64,000 bases of DNA from Lama guanicoe (taxonomy: Eukaryota). A program made the translations under genes and the position numbers. The stretch is taken from the NCBI GenBank assembly GCA_013239625.1, contig MU053881.1:1984001-2048000 (forward strand). Direction: 5' to 3'. Below the pieces are notes generated by a model. That model did no database searches. It was not told the DNA's origin and saw only the letters and a program-made list of their open reading frames with translations. Position 1 is the first letter of the stretch. Each line of letters begins with the position of its first letter. Positions 52,495 through 64,000 of this stretch are shown piece by piece.

Positions 52495-53066
52495 GTCATA
52501 TGATCTGGTCTAGAAAACACATCCCACCAAGTATTTCAAACAGAGGGGGTTTAATACAGGGCACTGGTTACAAGGGTACGGGAGGGCTGAATGAGCAGAA
52601 AGGGGCCCTGGGTGTCCCAGAAATTCATTCTAGGAAGCAGATCCCTCCCAGAAGGACCAAAAGGAAGAGGTGATGTTACCGAAACCCCGGAGCGCGGGGT
52701 TCCCTATGGTTGGTGCTCAGACTGAGAAGGTGGGGCTGGGCAGGTACTTGGACTTCCAAGGGAGGCATGGCCCCGGCGGGGAGGGAGCACAGGACAGCCG
52801 GAGCCTCCTCCGACGCTGACGCTGACGGACAGGGCAGGGCCTCCGTGAGTGCTGAAGGGGCTGGAGCCAGCTGGCTGCTGGCCTTGGGGAGAAGGACATC
52901 AGTCCCTTCTGCCTTCCCCTCAGTCTCCCATTTAGTGCCTTCCAGCAGCAGAACCCAGCAGGAGGCAGGCTGGCCGAAGAGCCTGGCAATCGTAGTTCAC
53001 AGAGTTCCAGACCCAGCGTCACACAACAAACAGTGTAGAAAGGTGGGCTTGTGGCTTAGAGACGAT
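52495..53066. mobile_element. Old ERVL-type LTR relic
   Basis: AAGTATTTCAAACAGAGGGGGTTTAATACAGGG...AGAAAGGTGGGCTTG pattern; family uncertain. Confidence 0.45.
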
Positions 53067-53641
53067 GGCTGAGTCACCCACAGGCGGCCGGGCACGCAGC
53101 CGTCTGGAGGACGGCACGCCAGGGTCCCTGGACCGGCTGCCACTGCCGACTGCATTCACGGGGAGAGAGGGAGAGAGATCAACTTCTGGGCCCGCGGCTG
53201 CGTTGGTGTTTCTTTTGCTCACGGCTGAACCTAACCCTACCCCGTGCAAGGGGGGAGTAGTGTCATCAGGGGGAGAATCTACTACGCGGAAGGAGGAAAG
53301 ACAGATAAACGGCCAAGGTGGGGAATTTAGGAGAAACGTCACAGGTCAGTGGGAACTTAGGAGGGCGCAGGATCTCACGGAGAGAGAGTGTTAGGAGGGA
53401 AATGGGCAAACCCTGGACTGATTTCCCTGAAGCCAGGTGGTGGAGGTGATGGTGACTTGGGTCAGATCCTCCCAGTCCCAGCTGATCCGTTTGGGCACCA
53501 CTGCCTGGCTGAGAACCCCGGACTCCTGGAGCTCTCTCGGGATCCCTTGGGACCAGTCCTAAGTAGCCGGCCCTCATGTCCATCCTGGGAGGGGCTGACC
53601 AAATTATTTGAGGTTTTTGTTCCAAATTACTATTGCTTCTT

Positions 53642-53770
53642 AATTTTTGAAAAAACTTTTGGTGGGGGGGGTAATTGGGCGTATTTATTTTTGGAGGAGG
53701 TACTGCGGACAGAACCCAGGACCTCGTGCGTGCAACGTGTGTGCTCTACCGGGGAGCCACACCCTCCCCC
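53642..53770 (-). mobile_element. tRNA-derived SINE, diverged
   Basis: GAACCCAGGACCTCGTGCGTGC...CCCTCCCCC matches the family. Confidence 0.75.
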
Positions 53771-54242
53771 TGCTGTCGCTTTTTTAAAATATGCTTTTTA
53801 AAAAAACTTGCTTTCCTGGTTTTGTTGCTCATCACTTCTTGGGTCCCCAGCCCTCCTTTTGTGTTTTTCGGTTTTGTTTTGTGGCACGTGCCCTTTAGAA
53901 GCTCTCCTAGAGACGGTTCAGGAGAGGTAGTCGTTCTGAACTCTCCTCTGTTTGGAACGGGATCTGCTTTGCTCTTACGCGTGGGGTTACTGTTGCCAAC
54001 CAGGGTCTGAGATCATCTTCTGATTGTTGCTCTTCTTGAGTAAGTTCTTCTTTCTCAAAGTTCCCAGGGGTAGTTACTTGGGTGATTTGAAACATCGTCA
54101 GGATATGTCCAGGTTTGAATCTTCTTTTTCCTCCTCCTTGGTGCTGGGGGTGGTTCTCGTTCCATTTGAAATTTGTGTCTTTCATCAGCCCTGGGAAATT
54201 TTCCTCTGTTATTATCGTTTATTATTTACTCTTCTGATGACC

Positions 54243-54725
54243 TACTGTGATGGTTTTACAACACTGCTCCAAATTCTTTGATGCGTCTCCCATCAAGAGG
54301 TAGGGTCCATGTTCTCTCTCCCCCTTGTCGAGCCTGGCAGGCATGTGATTGCTTCCATTACTGGAGTGTGGCAGAGGTGACATGCTGTGACTTCTGAGGC
54401 TGGGCCAGGAAGACCAGGCAGCTTCACCTGGTTGGCTGAGACATTGGCCCTTGGAGTCCTGCGTCACCTGAAGTCCCAGGCCAGGGAGCTCCGGGCAGGT
54501 CCCCAGGTGACAGTACCAGCTGGTCCCGTTCCTCAGCCGTCTGGGCACCTGGGCTCCCACATCAGCTCGTCAGGCCATCTCAGCAGAAGCCCCAGACGTG
54601 GTGGAGCGGGTGTGGAGCAATCCCGGTGCTCTCTTCACATCCCCGACCCACAGAATCCAGGAGCATAAAAAGTGGTTGCTGTCTCACACCACTGAGCTTC
54701 GGGGTGGCCTTTTATGCAACAATAC
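54243..54725. mobile_element. MaLR LTR (MLT1F/G-like)
   Basis: CAAATTCTTTGATGCGTCTCCCATCAAGAGG...GACCCACAGAATCC...TTATGCAACAATA. Confidence 0.6.
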
Positions 54726-55545
54726 TTGGCCCCACCCCCACCCCTCCTCACCATCTCCAGGTTCTCTCCTGAGCTCCTGTTGGGGAGAAAGGGCATTGAA
54801 GTGGCCTTGGCCTTGGTCATCCCGTGGTCTTTTGCTTGCATTCCAGACTGGTGATGTTTGGACTGAGGGCCCTTGGGGACATGGCATTCCCCTCCCCCAC
54901 CCTTCCATTTCTTGCACCGCAGTGGGCCGGGAGGGGTGGTCCCTGCACATACAAGGCCACAGGGGTGCGCAGTCAGGAGAGGTGACTACTGACCTTCACC
55001 CACCTTGACATACAACAAGCACGCTGTGCAACTAACTAGTAACCAGATAAGTTTCGCAGAGCGTTGGGTGCCGAAGCCCAGGTCTTTGAAGGCTGTGAAC
55101 GTTCCCCTCTCCAGTCTCGGGGGTGCAGGGTGCAGACGTCCACGTGGTTGACGGAAGGTAGACCACGGCCCTCAGAGTGGGGGCCGGGAGGCGCCGGGCC
55201 TGCTGACCCCACTGCTGGGAGTGGAGCCTGCGAACCTGCGTTTTAAATAAGCACGTGAGGGGAGGCCTGCGCAGCAAACCCCCGACAGAGCATTTCTGAA
55301 GACCCGCGGTAATAATAAAGCAATCCAGTAACAGTACTGTTTTATCCGTTCTAGACTGAAACGGGAAAGCTCAGTATTCGTCGCCTCGGACACAAAACGC
55401 ATTTGGGAATGGTATTTCCTGCTCGCTCGCCGCAGGGAGCGAACAGGCGCAGTGTGAAGCTCCGGAGCCCGAGCGTCCGTCTCCTCAGCCAATCTCTGCT
55501 AGAGGGGGTGGGTGCGCAGAGCAGGCTCAGAATAAGCCCCAGGAG

Positions 55546-55560
55546 GCGCCCCCTGGCGGC
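55546..55560 (-). promoter_or_regulatory. CTCF binding motif
   Basis: Minus strand GCCGCCAGGGGGCGC matches the CTCF core, inside a CpG-retaining patch. Confidence 0.7.
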
Positions 55561-56712
55561 TCGTCCCTGCTAACACTCCGGAGTCAACTAGGGAGTCATT
55601 TAGTACGAAAATTCCCAAAGTGAGGCCAGAATCCAGTTACAATTTTAATTTCACATTCTCTATCTCAGAGACCCAGTGTCCGAGTTCTCTCATTCTCCAA
55701 GAGCACTGCTGCCCTCGAAGGAAACTTCGTCTGAGGAGGAGCCCCCGATTTTTCCTGGGCTGGTTTTGAAGCCCCAGAGTTGTGGGTTGGAGCTAGATTT
55801 TAAACCAGCCCTAGGTTAATTTTTTTTACCCCCTCTGCAGCCTTGAGCGATCTGATTCAGGATTTTGATAAGGAGACTCTCCCTTAAATCTACTTATATA
55901 AATTTAGACCTGGAATGCAAAAATAAACGTGTTGAGGATGCAGTCTAATTGTTAACATCATTGCTTGAGTTGCTTGCGTTTCTGCTCATCCCTGCACATG
56001 GTTTGAGAAGAGATTCATTATCACCCAGAGTGTGCACAGCAGTAGAAGTCCCTGAAATAAGCCAGCTCACCATTTAAGTCAGAGGGTGTGATCCCCGTGA
56101 CAGACGTGCCCCAGAAACATTTATGACTCTGAAAAAGGAGGAGACCTCAAAGTAGAAACTTAGCACAGCAGGAGCTGAATTTTTCACCAAGAAAAGAAAA
56201 GAGTTTGCTAAAAACAAACAATTGTGTGGGTTAATTGAAATAATTTACAGGTAGTAGCCATTCTGTTCTGCATTTATTTAGCAGCACATAAAAAATACAC
56301 ACAATGATTTAAAAATTAAATACACCAAAGGCCATAGCAGCAACAGCAATAATGCTCACTCTCCCGCGATCCCCAAATCTGTTCTCCAGCAGCTGTCGTT
56401 TTCAGTTCTTTTAGCTTTCTCCTGGCAGTTACTTTTGTATTTCTAAATTCTATGCCTCTTTTGTCTTAGCTTGTGAGTGTTCAGCATTATGTATTCACTT
56501 CCTGGTAAGATACTTAAGGTTTAGCTCTTTTACATCCGCCTTCTCTCCAGCCTCTGAATATGATTATGTTCCTATTTTTAGCTAAACAAATGATCTTTAT
56601 CACGATGCAGATGTATTCCACTCTGGAGCCAGGTGGAGCGCCCCAGTTTCCGTGCCCTGATCATGCAGGCTTGAACTTTTCCTGGAATTTGCTTGAGTTT
56701 GAGCTTGCCTCA

Positions 56713-57008
<296 letters not shown>

Positions 57009-58071
57009 TCATTTTTATCTTGGGTTATTTCCCACGTTCAAATCCTCAATTCTTCCTAAAGCTCCATCACCTTCGCATTGTCTCCTCCGCCTCCTTTCCC
57101 GGGTGGTCCCGCTCCGGCCCAGGGTGGCCGCACACCCACACCAGATGCCCGGCTCTCAGCTCTTTGCCCTCCTGACCTGGAGCCACTTCTCCTGGGCCTC
57201 TTCCCAGGCACAGCTGCCTTGTTTTGCTAGAATCTAGACTCTGACCCCGGCGTTGCCTTGGGTTCTTTCTTCTCCCAACTGTGGAATAACCCCACACGGA
57301 ACTCTCATCCAACGGCCACCTCAGCCTGTTAAATGCACCCGACAGCTCCAGGCCACGCCTTCCCGATCACACCACAAACAAAGTACCTTCGTCTACACAA
57401 CATTATATGTCAGTTATACCTCAGCAAAGCTGGGGTGGGGGATTAACACGAAATTTACGTAGATTGAGGTAGTGACAGTGCAGTGGTTGCAGGCATCTGT
57501 CTGTGCTTGAATCCTTCCTCCATCCTTTTCCAGATGCTGGAAAGGAGCAAGTTCAGCTCCTGGGTGTCTCTGTGTCATCTTAAATAGGGGGTCACGTGAA
57601 CGTCTGCCTCGGGACTGCTGAGAGGAGTGCGAGTGTGAACCCATCACACGGAGAGCTGTGTGTCTGCCGCAGACCGAGCCCCCAGTGACTGTTCCCATCA
57701 TTACAAACTATTCTCGTGCTAATTCTTACTGACAGAGACTCTCCGTATGTGCCGATTAGTTTTGTGTCCCTCAGTAAAGTTGGTGGTTTTCTATCTAAAA
57801 ATTCCTGACTGTTTCTCATGACTTTTATTCTAATTATTTTATTGTATGTTGAACTCAATCCAGTTTATTTATTAAAACTTTTCTGTTGTATTTTCTGATC
57901 CCTCTTTTCGAAATAGGAACATTGTGAATTCATTGGAATCCAATAGCTTCCTTACTTTCTAATCAGAGTAAATATATCAGATAAATTGTATCTGTAAGAT
58001 TTTTAAAAAAAATTTATATCACCCTCAAACAAAAGATTTTCTATCCTCCCTCACCCCCCCCCCCCAAAAAA

Positions 58072-58222
58072 GAGGGAGGCTCAGTGGTAGAGTGTGTACT
58101 TAGCATGCGTAAGGTCCTGGGTCTAATCCTCAGTACCTCTGTTAAATCAAAAAATTAAAATAAATAAACCTAATTACCTTCCTCTACCAAGAAAAAGAAA
58201 GAAAGGAAGGGAGAGAGGGAGG
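58072..58222 (+). mobile_element. tRNA-derived SINE (vic-1-like)
   Basis: GCTCAGTGGTAGAG...GGTCCTGGGTCTAATCC...AAACCTAATTACC plus purine/A tail. Confidence 0.8.
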
Positions 58223-59884
58223 GAGGAAGGAGAAAAAAAAAAAGTCCCCGTTGGTTTCATCCATTCCCAGCTGGGGGACTGTTAGCTGCCCCCCAGTATA
58301 TAACATCTCCTTCTCCCCTCCTGTCAAAGCCCAGATTTAATTTGGAGTGGCCTTTGCAGCTGTCTTGCTGGTGGTGATTGAGAGTTAGTGGGAGTCATGG
58401 GGTTGGCGCTTCTGGAATATTCTTTGAAAGGACTGGCTCAGCAGGAAGATCTCCCTTCCTCCCCTGCCCTGTTCCTTCCTGAGGTGTCCAGCTAATGTTT
58501 GGAAGTGCAGGGGCCAACTCAGACGGTGAGGTGAACTTCAGGACAATATCCCAGGCTTGGGATGGCTTGGCAGGAAGGCAGAAGGAGCTGCAGCCGTCTT
58601 CCTAGCCCCGCACACCTGATGGTGAACTTCCACACGAGGGAAAAACAGCCTATAACAAGACAAACAGATGCACAGATACAGGGAACAAGCTAGAGGTTAT
58701 CACGGGGGAGCAGGGTGGGGGAGGGGATTAAGAGATACAAACTGCTACCTAGAAAATGAGAAAGATACAAGGGTGTGACGTACAGCCCAGAAACCACAGC
58801 CAGCCTGTTACAATAACTTTGTATGATGTGTAATTGATAAAAATACCGAATCGCTATGTTGTATACCTGAAACTAATATAATTTTGTGAGTCAACTGTAC
58901 TTCACTTAAAAGAATAAAAAGCCCTTCGTGATTAAGTCACAGGTTGGCCTCTGTCACCAACGGATGTGTGAGAGGCTTCAATTATTTCATGAAAAGACTG
59001 ATTTCCCTAAACGATGAACTGATTTACTATGAAGTGATTTACATTTACCCAGAAATGTGTCTGGGACCTAATTCTTAGAAAAGTTCAAGCCCTATCTGAA
59101 AGTAGAAGAGGAGGAGGCAGGTTTTCATGGGGAGCGTTCACAGTCCTGCTGGTCCCCGCTCGCCCTGCGAAGCCGGGTCCCACCTGCGGGGCGCCTGGAG
59201 ACAGCGCACCTGGCCCGGCCGCCCTCCAGCTGTGCGGGCGCAGAAGCCGCCTGCATTTCCGCTTCCGTTTCCCCTGCGTTTTATTTCCGGGAAGTTTTCA
59301 GTGCTCTCTCTTCCACTTCCCGGTAATGTCTGCGGCCCGGCTAACTCTGATCCACCCCAGGATCCACTCACTCTTTGTAGAGCAAATTACACACCCACCA
59401 GCCCAGACCACACAGATGAAAACCAGTGTCTTATTTTATTCTCTGTCCTTGAGCGCCAGCCCCTGGAGTCACCGCCTGCTGATTCTCCCTGCCTTGCACT
59501 TAAGCTTTGAACAATCTCATCCTGTGGGTTTGGGGGCTTTTTTTTTTTTTCAGCTTTAGTTTTTCTGTTAATCTGGCAATGTAAGATGCTCCAGGTTCAT
59601 CTTGTATATTCCTACAGGTGGCCCTCGAAGCAGCCATGTCTCCAAAGAGCCCTGGTTCCTTTCGCTGGAGAAGGGTATTTGAAACCAAGATCTCCGTACT
59701 AGATTTATTCAGAGTTTTTAATCTGATGAAATTCAGTTTATCTATTTCTCCTGCTGCACTTTTGGTATTACATCTAAGGAGGCTTTGCCTCACCCAAGGT
59801 CACAAAGGTTTACTCCTGTATTTTATTCTAAGAGTTTTATGGTTTTAGCCCCTTCATCTAGGCCCATGATCCATTTTGAGTGTA

Positions 59885-61570
59885 TTTTTTTTAACAGTTA
59901 AAAAATTTTTTTGGAGTGTAGTTGATTTACAGTGTAGTGTTAGCTTCAAGGGTACAGGGAAGTGATTCAGTTATTTTATACATATGTACATAATATATAT
60001 ACATACTATATATAATATATATACTTAAATACATATAGGTTCTTTTCCATTATAGGTTATCATAAGATACTGAATATAGTTCTCTGTGCTGTACAGTAGG
60101 TCCTTGTTGTTTATTTTATATGTGGTAGCATGTATCTGTTAATCCCAAACTGCTGATTTATCCCTCCCCTATTCCCCTTTGGTGACCACTAAGTTTGTTT
60201 TCTTTGTCCGTGAGTCTATTTCTGTTTTGTAAATAAGTTCATTTGTCTTATTTTTTTTAGATTCCACATATAAATGATATCATATGGTATTTGTCTTTCT
60301 CTGTCTGGTTTACTTCACTTTGTATGATAATCTCTAGGTCCGTCCATGTTGCTGCAAATGCCATTATTTCATTCTTTCTTATGGCTGAGTAATATTCCAA
60401 TGTGTGTGTGTGTGTGTGCATGCGCGCGCATGTATTTATTATATACACACACAACATCTTCTTTATCTTTTCATCTGTTGATGGACATTTAGGTTGCTTC
60501 CATGTCTTGGCTACTGTAAATAAATATAATGCTTTGAACATTGGGGTTCATGTATCTTTTTGAATTGAAGTTTTCCTCCAGATACGTGCCCAGGAATGGG
60601 ATTGCTGGATCATATAGTAACTCCGCTTTTAGTTTTTTAAGGAACTTTCATACTGTTTTCTATAGTGGCTGCACCAATTTACATTCCCATGAACAGTGAT
60701 TCCCTTTTCTCCACACCCTCTCCAGCATTTATTATTTGTAACTTTTTGATGATGGCTATCCTGGCCGGTGTGAGGTGATACTGCATTGTAGTTTTGATTT
60801 GCATTTCTCTAATAGTTAGCGATACTGAGCAGCTTTTCATGTGCCTGTTGGCCATCTGGGTGTCTTTTGGAGAAATGTCTGCTTAGGTCTTCTGCCCATT
60901 GTTTGATTGGGTTCTTTTTTGATACTGAGCTGTGTGAGCTGTTTGTATATTTTGCAAATGAATCCCTTGCCGGTCACATCATTTGCAAATATTTTTCTTC
61001 CATTCCGTAGGTTGGCTTTTCAGTTTGTTTATGGTTTCTTTGCTGTGCAAAAGCCTTTTGAGTTTAATTGGGCCCCGTTCATTTATTTTTTGGTTTTGTT
61101 TCCAGTAGTCTAGGAGACAGCTCCAAAAAAAGATTGCTGTGATTTACATCAGAGTGTTCTGCCTCTGTTTTCCTCTAGGAGTTTTATAGTATCTGGCCCT
61201 ACATTTAGGTCTTTAATCCATTTTTAATTAGTTTATATATATATATGGTGTTAAATGATGGTCCAATGTCCTTCTTTTACATGTAGCCATTCACTTTTCC
61301 CAGCACCACTTATTGAAGAGACTGTCTTTTCCCCACTGTGAGTTCTTGCCTCCTTTGTCATAGATTACCTGACCACACCTGCATGGACATACTTCTGGGC
61401 TCTCTATCCTGTTCCATTGATCTGTGTGTTGAGTTCATTTTTGTGCGTGGTGTAAGGAAGAGGCCCAACTTCAGTGTTTTGCATGTGTGTATCCAGTTGT
61501 CCAGCACCATTTGTTGAAAAGACTGTTCTTTTCCTGTTGAAGTGTCTTGGTATCCTTGTCAAAAATCAAT
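59885..61570 (-). mobile_element. L1 3' fragment(s)
   Basis: Minus ORF LFTVAKTWKQPKCPSTDE...YYSAIRKNEIMAFAATWTDLE is L1 ORF2; typical 3'UTR. Confidence 0.85.
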
Positions 61571-61854
61571 TGCTATTTCTTCAATTCTCGAAGGTATAAT
61601 TGGAAAAGCCATACCTGGCAACTGGACAAATGCTTGCACACACTGGCTCTCCTACCCGTGGAGTGAAAGCCACTGTGGTAGGGAACTAAGTGTAAGCTCC
61701 AGAAACTTCCCCTCTGCACCAAAATAGAAACCCAGACACAACACTGCATCCCAGGGGGGATTGCAGAGGTCAGTGCCATCATCTGAGACCTTAAAGGGGG
61801 CAGTGGCATCTATCACATCCCCATTTATTTGCATTAAAAAAAAATTTTTTTTTT

Positions 61855-61985
61855 GGTGGGGAGGGTATAGCTCAGCAGTAGAGCACATGCTTAGCACACA
61901 CGAGGTCGTGGGTTCAATCCCCAGTACCTGCATTAATATAATTAAATAAATAATCTAATTACCTCCCCCCTCCAAAAAATAAATA
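61855..61985 (+). mobile_element. tRNA-derived SINE, left arm of inverted pair
   Basis: TAGCTCAGCAGTAGAG...GGTTCAATCCCCAG...CTAATTACCTCCCCCCTCCAAAAAA. Confidence 0.87.
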
Positions 61986-61988
61986 ATA

Positions 61989-62111
61989 TTTTTGGAGGAG
62001 GGAGGTAATTAGGTTTCTTTGTTTGTTTATTTAATGAAGATACTGGGGCTTGAACCCAGGACCTTGTGCATGCTAAGCACATGCTCTACCACTGAGCTAT
62101 ACCTTCCACCC
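61989..62111 (-). mobile_element. tRNA-derived SINE, right arm of inverted pair
   Basis: Reverse complement of the same consensus. Confidence 0.87.
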
Positions 62112-62754
62112 ATCACATCCCCATTGAACCCAGCTCTTTGGACTGTGCAGAAGTCAGGTGGAACTTGGAGAATGACTCTGGCCTGAATCGTGTGGTCTCA
62201 AGTTGGAGTTGCTGTCCCAGATGGAGACTGTTCCCAGGAGCAAGTCAGCGTGGCTCCCGGCTCTTCGCTGGTAGCTACTGCTCAGGCTAATGCCTTTTTC
62301 TCCACACCCACTTGTGAGGGCCCTCAGAGGCAGTTTGTTTTCACCTGCTGGGACCAACTGCTCACCTGGGGTCTTGCGCCGGGGCTCTGTCCTTAGGAAC
62401 TTGGCCGCTGTCTCATAAAGCACCGCGCTGATCTTCCACGCTGACGTCGTGCTGATCAACCTGATCAACGGGAAGGAGCAAGGACTTTAGATGTCTTTTT
62501 TTTGTGTGTGTTTAATTTTTTATTTTTTAACTGAATAGTTAAAATAGTCGATTTACAATGTTGTGTTAGTTTCTGGTGTACAGCATGGTGATTCAGTAGA
62601 TGTCTTAATAAGATGTACACAAGTCATATGGTGAGCAATAAACCCCGTAACACTTCAGGGGTCCACCGCTTCCTGATTTGGGGGAGTTTGATGGTTTGGA
62701 GGATGTCAAGATGTCTCTTCCCAGATAAAAGACAAATGTACCTTCTACCACCTA

Positions 62755-62755
<1 letters not shown>

Positions 62756-62789
<34 letters not shown>
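62756..62789 (+). repeat. (CA)17 microsatellite
   Basis: Perfect dinucleotide run. Confidence 0.9.
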
Positions 62790-62791
<2 letters not shown>

Positions 62792-64000
62792 AAAGAGGCA
62801 TGAGCCTTGGTGAGTCTTTTCAGACTGGGGAGACAACACACACCATGTCTGTGTGTGATCCTTTGGCCAACTGAGAGTCACCTGGAAAGCTGCAGCTTTT
62901 GAGTGGAGGTCAGAGCAGGGGCCGGCTGTGCAGCAGTAAAGGCAGCTCCAGCTCTGGGGCCTCGTGGTCCAGCAGAACCAGAGAGACCTGCAGTGCCTGT
63001 GGCAAAGAGGAGTGCCGTGCGGGGCTTCTGGGAGGCACCAGGAGGAGAGTTACAGCGCAGACCTCAGGATTTTAGAGCAAATCCGTCCCCTCCTTTGCAT
63101 ACAACTATTCTTCTTTTGAGAAACAGGTTCTGGCTTGGGTCAAAGGCCTCACCGTGGGACAGCCCGAGTTTCCCGTGACGCGCTGGGCCTTGCTTTCCTT
63201 CTGTGTAAGGCTGGGTGCCCCAGCAGCAGCAGGCTGGCGGTGGCAGATTAGAGACTGAACCCGGGCACGTCCAGAGGTACACGTGGGGTGCAGGAGAGGG
63301 TGGCTGAGACCCCTTCGCTGCCACCTCCCACTGTGTTGTCTCCTGTCCCTCAGTCCAGGCCTGTGACCTCATGGGGAGCCCTCCATGGCTGACTGACTGA
63401 GGGAGAAAGGACTTGAGTGGGTTCACAGACGGTCTGTGTGACAAGCTGTCGGCATCCAGAAGTGGGCGGCTCCTGCGTTCCAGCCCTGCCGCAGGCCAGA
63501 GATCTCACTGGGCTAAATCAAGGGGACAGCAGAGCTGAGTTCCTTCTAGACACTCTAGGGAATCAACCGCTGGTCTCCAGGGATGGGCCCTGACACCCCC
63601 CGGGTCAGGGGACAAACAGCGACGGCAGTAAGCAGGCACAGCAGAGCTTTGTGACCCACATGGGGACGTTCGTGGGTGCCGTGGCCCCTTGAGGAGGACA
63701 CCCTGGGACTGGCCCCATGAATGGCCTGTGACACAGGAGGGGGTGGGCAGTGGAGTGCTGTCCCACTGCTCCACAGAACAGCCCAGAATTTCGACTCAGC
63801 AAGGCTCAGAGGGAAAAGGGGAGATGGTCTATCAGGTGCCCTGGGAGCAGATACCATCCCAGACACCAGGCACTTTGTGTCAGTGATCCAGGCGGCCCCA
63901 CCTCTGGTCAGGGATGCTCAGCCCGTGGACCAGACTTGTCCCACGGCCTCACGGGGGCGGCACTCCTCCTCGCCTGGAGGGAAGCTAATGTGGCAGTTCC

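Noticed and set aside
62150..64000. MXD3 expected next by human synteny
   Set aside because: No MXD3-like exon or CpG island seen; probably lies beyond the window.

Overview
Mammalian genomic DNA with no prokaryotic features. It is probably from a camelid, inferred from a tRNA-derived SINE family resembling vic-1. The window holds three spliced genes in the human 5q35 order, reversed: the 5' part of SLC34A1/NaPi-IIa (minus, exons 1-8, running off the left edge), complete RGS14 (minus, 15 coding exons, 566/567 aa) and complete LMAN2/VIP36 (plus, 8 exons, 356 aa). There are two ribosomal-protein retrocopies with target-site duplications: an old RPL37A copy nested in an L1 in LMAN2 intron 2, and a very young RPS29 copy with a deletion plus templated insertion, missed by the ORF track. 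SINE, L1, L2, MIR, LTR and DNA-transposon relics fill much of the rest. I found no new multi-gene system. The best leads concern the renal phosphate pair: RGS14 ends in HSAL rather than human DSAL, NaPi-IIa has an extra N-glycosylation sequon, and a uORF stop overlaps its start codons. Comparisons to human sequences and repeat-family names come from recall and need database confirmation.
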